This document shows positions 62,301-64,000 of a stretch of DNA of 64,000 bases, in pieces. Under the pieces are notes generated by a model. That model saw nothing but the letters and a program-made list of their open reading frames with translations, had not been told where the DNA came from and ran no database searches. Position numbers and translations under genes: made by a program. The stretch comes from Klebsormidium nitens (taxonomy: Eukaryota > Plantae > Klebsormidiophyceae), in assembly GCA_000708835.1 (NCBI GenBank), contig DF236992.1, positions 204,513 to 268,512 on the forward strand, in the 5' to 3' direction. Numbering within the stretch: the first letter of the stretch is position 1; each line of letters opens with the position of its first letter.

Positions 62301-63718
62301 CAGGTGACTCCTCGAGTCTCCGTGGGGTCCGCATTCGTGCGGCCTGCTGTCGTATGTGTGCTGTGTGCTGCAGGCGCGATTCATTGTGCATGTATGAGTG
62401 TTGACGCTGACAGCTAAGCTTGACTCTGCAGGGGGACCGTGCGGTACGCCAGCGTGCACGCGCATCTGGGGAGGACGGGGAGCCGGCGTGACGACCTCGA
62501 GTCGCTGGCCTACACTCTGGTATTTCTGTTGCGGGGCAGGCTGCCGTGGCAGGGCTACCAGGTAGGCCGACTGGAGCAGAGCCCGTTGGCGTATTCAAAA
62601 GTACTGGAGCGAGTTTTGTTGAATCGTTTGCTGGGCATGACCATGTTGTGCAGGAAAAGCACCGAGGGCTGCCCCAGCTTATGCATCTGCGAGTTTTTCT
62701 GGATTTGTGTTCGGCACGTTTGTTTTAACATCCTGATTTTGCAGGGGCTTGTAACGGTGACTTGACAAGGTTGCAAAGAGACGTTCGGTTTCAGCGATTG
62801 AATCACCTTGGTCTTTGTTGAGCACCCTCTTCTGTTGCTAAGCGCACAGGTTACCAGCTTCTCAGAGCAGGCAGTCGAGCTGTTCCCTTTCTTGCAGACA
62901 CACCCAAGTGAGTTCCTAATGTGTTGCTCACGTTATCCTGTACCTCCTCCAGGGCGACAACAAGGGCTTCCTGGTCTGCAAGAAGAAGATGGCCACCTCC
63001 CCCGAAATGCTCTGCTGCTTCTGCCCCGCCCCCTTCAAGACCTTCCTCGAGTACGTGGTCAACATGAAGTTCGATGAAGAGCCCAACTATGCTAAGATGA
63101 TTGCCTTGTTCGACCACCTGTGCGGCGCCAACATGGCGCTCCGGCCCATCAACACGGACGGGGCCGCCCGCGTCATCTCGCAAAAGGTGCGTCGGTTCTT
63201 GCAGCTACTGTGTTTTGTGCTTCATGAGTTCTGCACAAAGCTCCTGCTGTGGCTTGCGTTCGGGTAGTTCTGCTACTATGCGCAAAGCATGTCCATTGTT
63301 TTAAGTGAGCTGGGTTTCTCTTACCATAATTAGATGCCTGTCCGGATTTTTAGATTCGTTTGATGTTTGTCCAGCATAACTGAAACAGCATCCGGTATAC
63401 TCAGCTTGAATATCAGCTTGTAAGGGCATATACGATAGCAGCCCTTCAGCCATGACCGATGCACCATCTTCTGGAGTCTCTAACAGCAGGGATCGGCTGT
63501 ACAAAGATAAGCCCCTAGCACAAAGTGTGGCGCACTTTACTATGACTAAATGCTGGCTTTGAATGCATCTTTTCTTTCTCTTAGGTCGGACAGAAGCGGG
63601 CCCGGCTGGCGGTGGAAGAGGAGGAGGACGACGACCAGCCCAAGAAGAAGATCCGGCTAGGCATGCCCGCCACCCAGTGGATCACGTGTTACAACGCCAG
63701 GCGACCAATGAAGCAAAG
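59371..63718 (+). CDS. MLK: MUT9-like/PPK/AEL casein kinase 1-family kinase, continuing beyond the window. Exons 59371-59847, 60080-60205, 60406-60479, 60687-60812, 61167-61238, 61686-61780, [62115-62181 or 62237-62303], 62432-62561, 62953-63186, 63585-63718
   Basis: Motifs [92 protein letters not shown], and [25 protein letters not shown]. Confidence 0.95.
61407..61609 (+). repeat. Dispersed ~203-bp repeat, copy 2 (kinase intron 5)
   Basis: Reverse complement of 26268-26471. Confidence 0.9.
62115..62181 (+). other. Alternative activation-loop exon 7A (67 nt): (A)[21 protein letters not shown](R)
   Basis: tgcag acceptor and GTACTG donor, open in the phase required by the flanking exons. Confidence 0.85.
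62237..62303 (+). other. Alternative activation-loop exon 7B (67 nt): (A)[21 protein letters not shown](R)
   Basis: ttgcag acceptor and GTGACT donor, same length and phases as 7A. Confidence 0.85.
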
Positions 63719-64000
63719 GTGCGTCCACAAGTGCTTCGCTTAGTAATGTCTGTGCCTAGTCAGCAGATGCTTCTGCTTATGCGAAGAGTCTCACAGTCGG
63801 CATTATTCAGTGCTGTCCTTTGGGCTCAGTGGAGTTGGTTGTTGCTTTACAAACTGGGTTGCTTTTTTGGGCTCAGCTTCTCTTACTGCATAGTTGCTTA
63901 TGTCACTGCCGAATGACCTGGACTGTTGGTTCAGCGGATAAGCACTTGCACCAGAAGGGGTCAGTTTTTCAACTTGTGCGTTGCAATCGCCTGTGGCAAC

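Overview
Eukaryotic, intron-rich nuclear DNA with GC-rich exons and GT-AG introns mostly 100-1500 nt long. Gene content and style suggest a streptophyte green alga, possibly Klebsormidium-like (inference, not verified). I assembled ten spliced genes by hand: a giant group-3-type LEA protein (+, 5' end outside the window), an EDR2-like PH-START-DUF1336 protein (-), an uncharacterised PB1-like/AT-hook/zinc-finger protein (+), a CYSTM protein (-), a TruA-family pseudouridine synthase (+), a Shaker-type K+ channel with CNBD and ankyrin repeats (-), a secreted tandem NTF2-like protein (+), a Tas-like aldo-keto reductase (-), an atypical cytochrome P450 (-), and a MUT9-like/PPK casein-kinase-1-family kinase (+, runs off the 3' end). 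Non-coding elements are a 350-bp MITE and a ~200-bp intronic dispersed repeat present twice. The strongest signal is a pair of intact, tandem 67-nt homologous exons encoding two alternative activation loops of the MUT9-like kinase, with the hallmarks of mutually exclusive splicing. It sits within a window-wide pattern of duplications spanning splice junctions: decayed copies of exon ends in introns of at least three other genes, an intron bounded by an 11-bp direct repeat, and many two-copy intronic duplications. Gene models are manual and lack transcript support.
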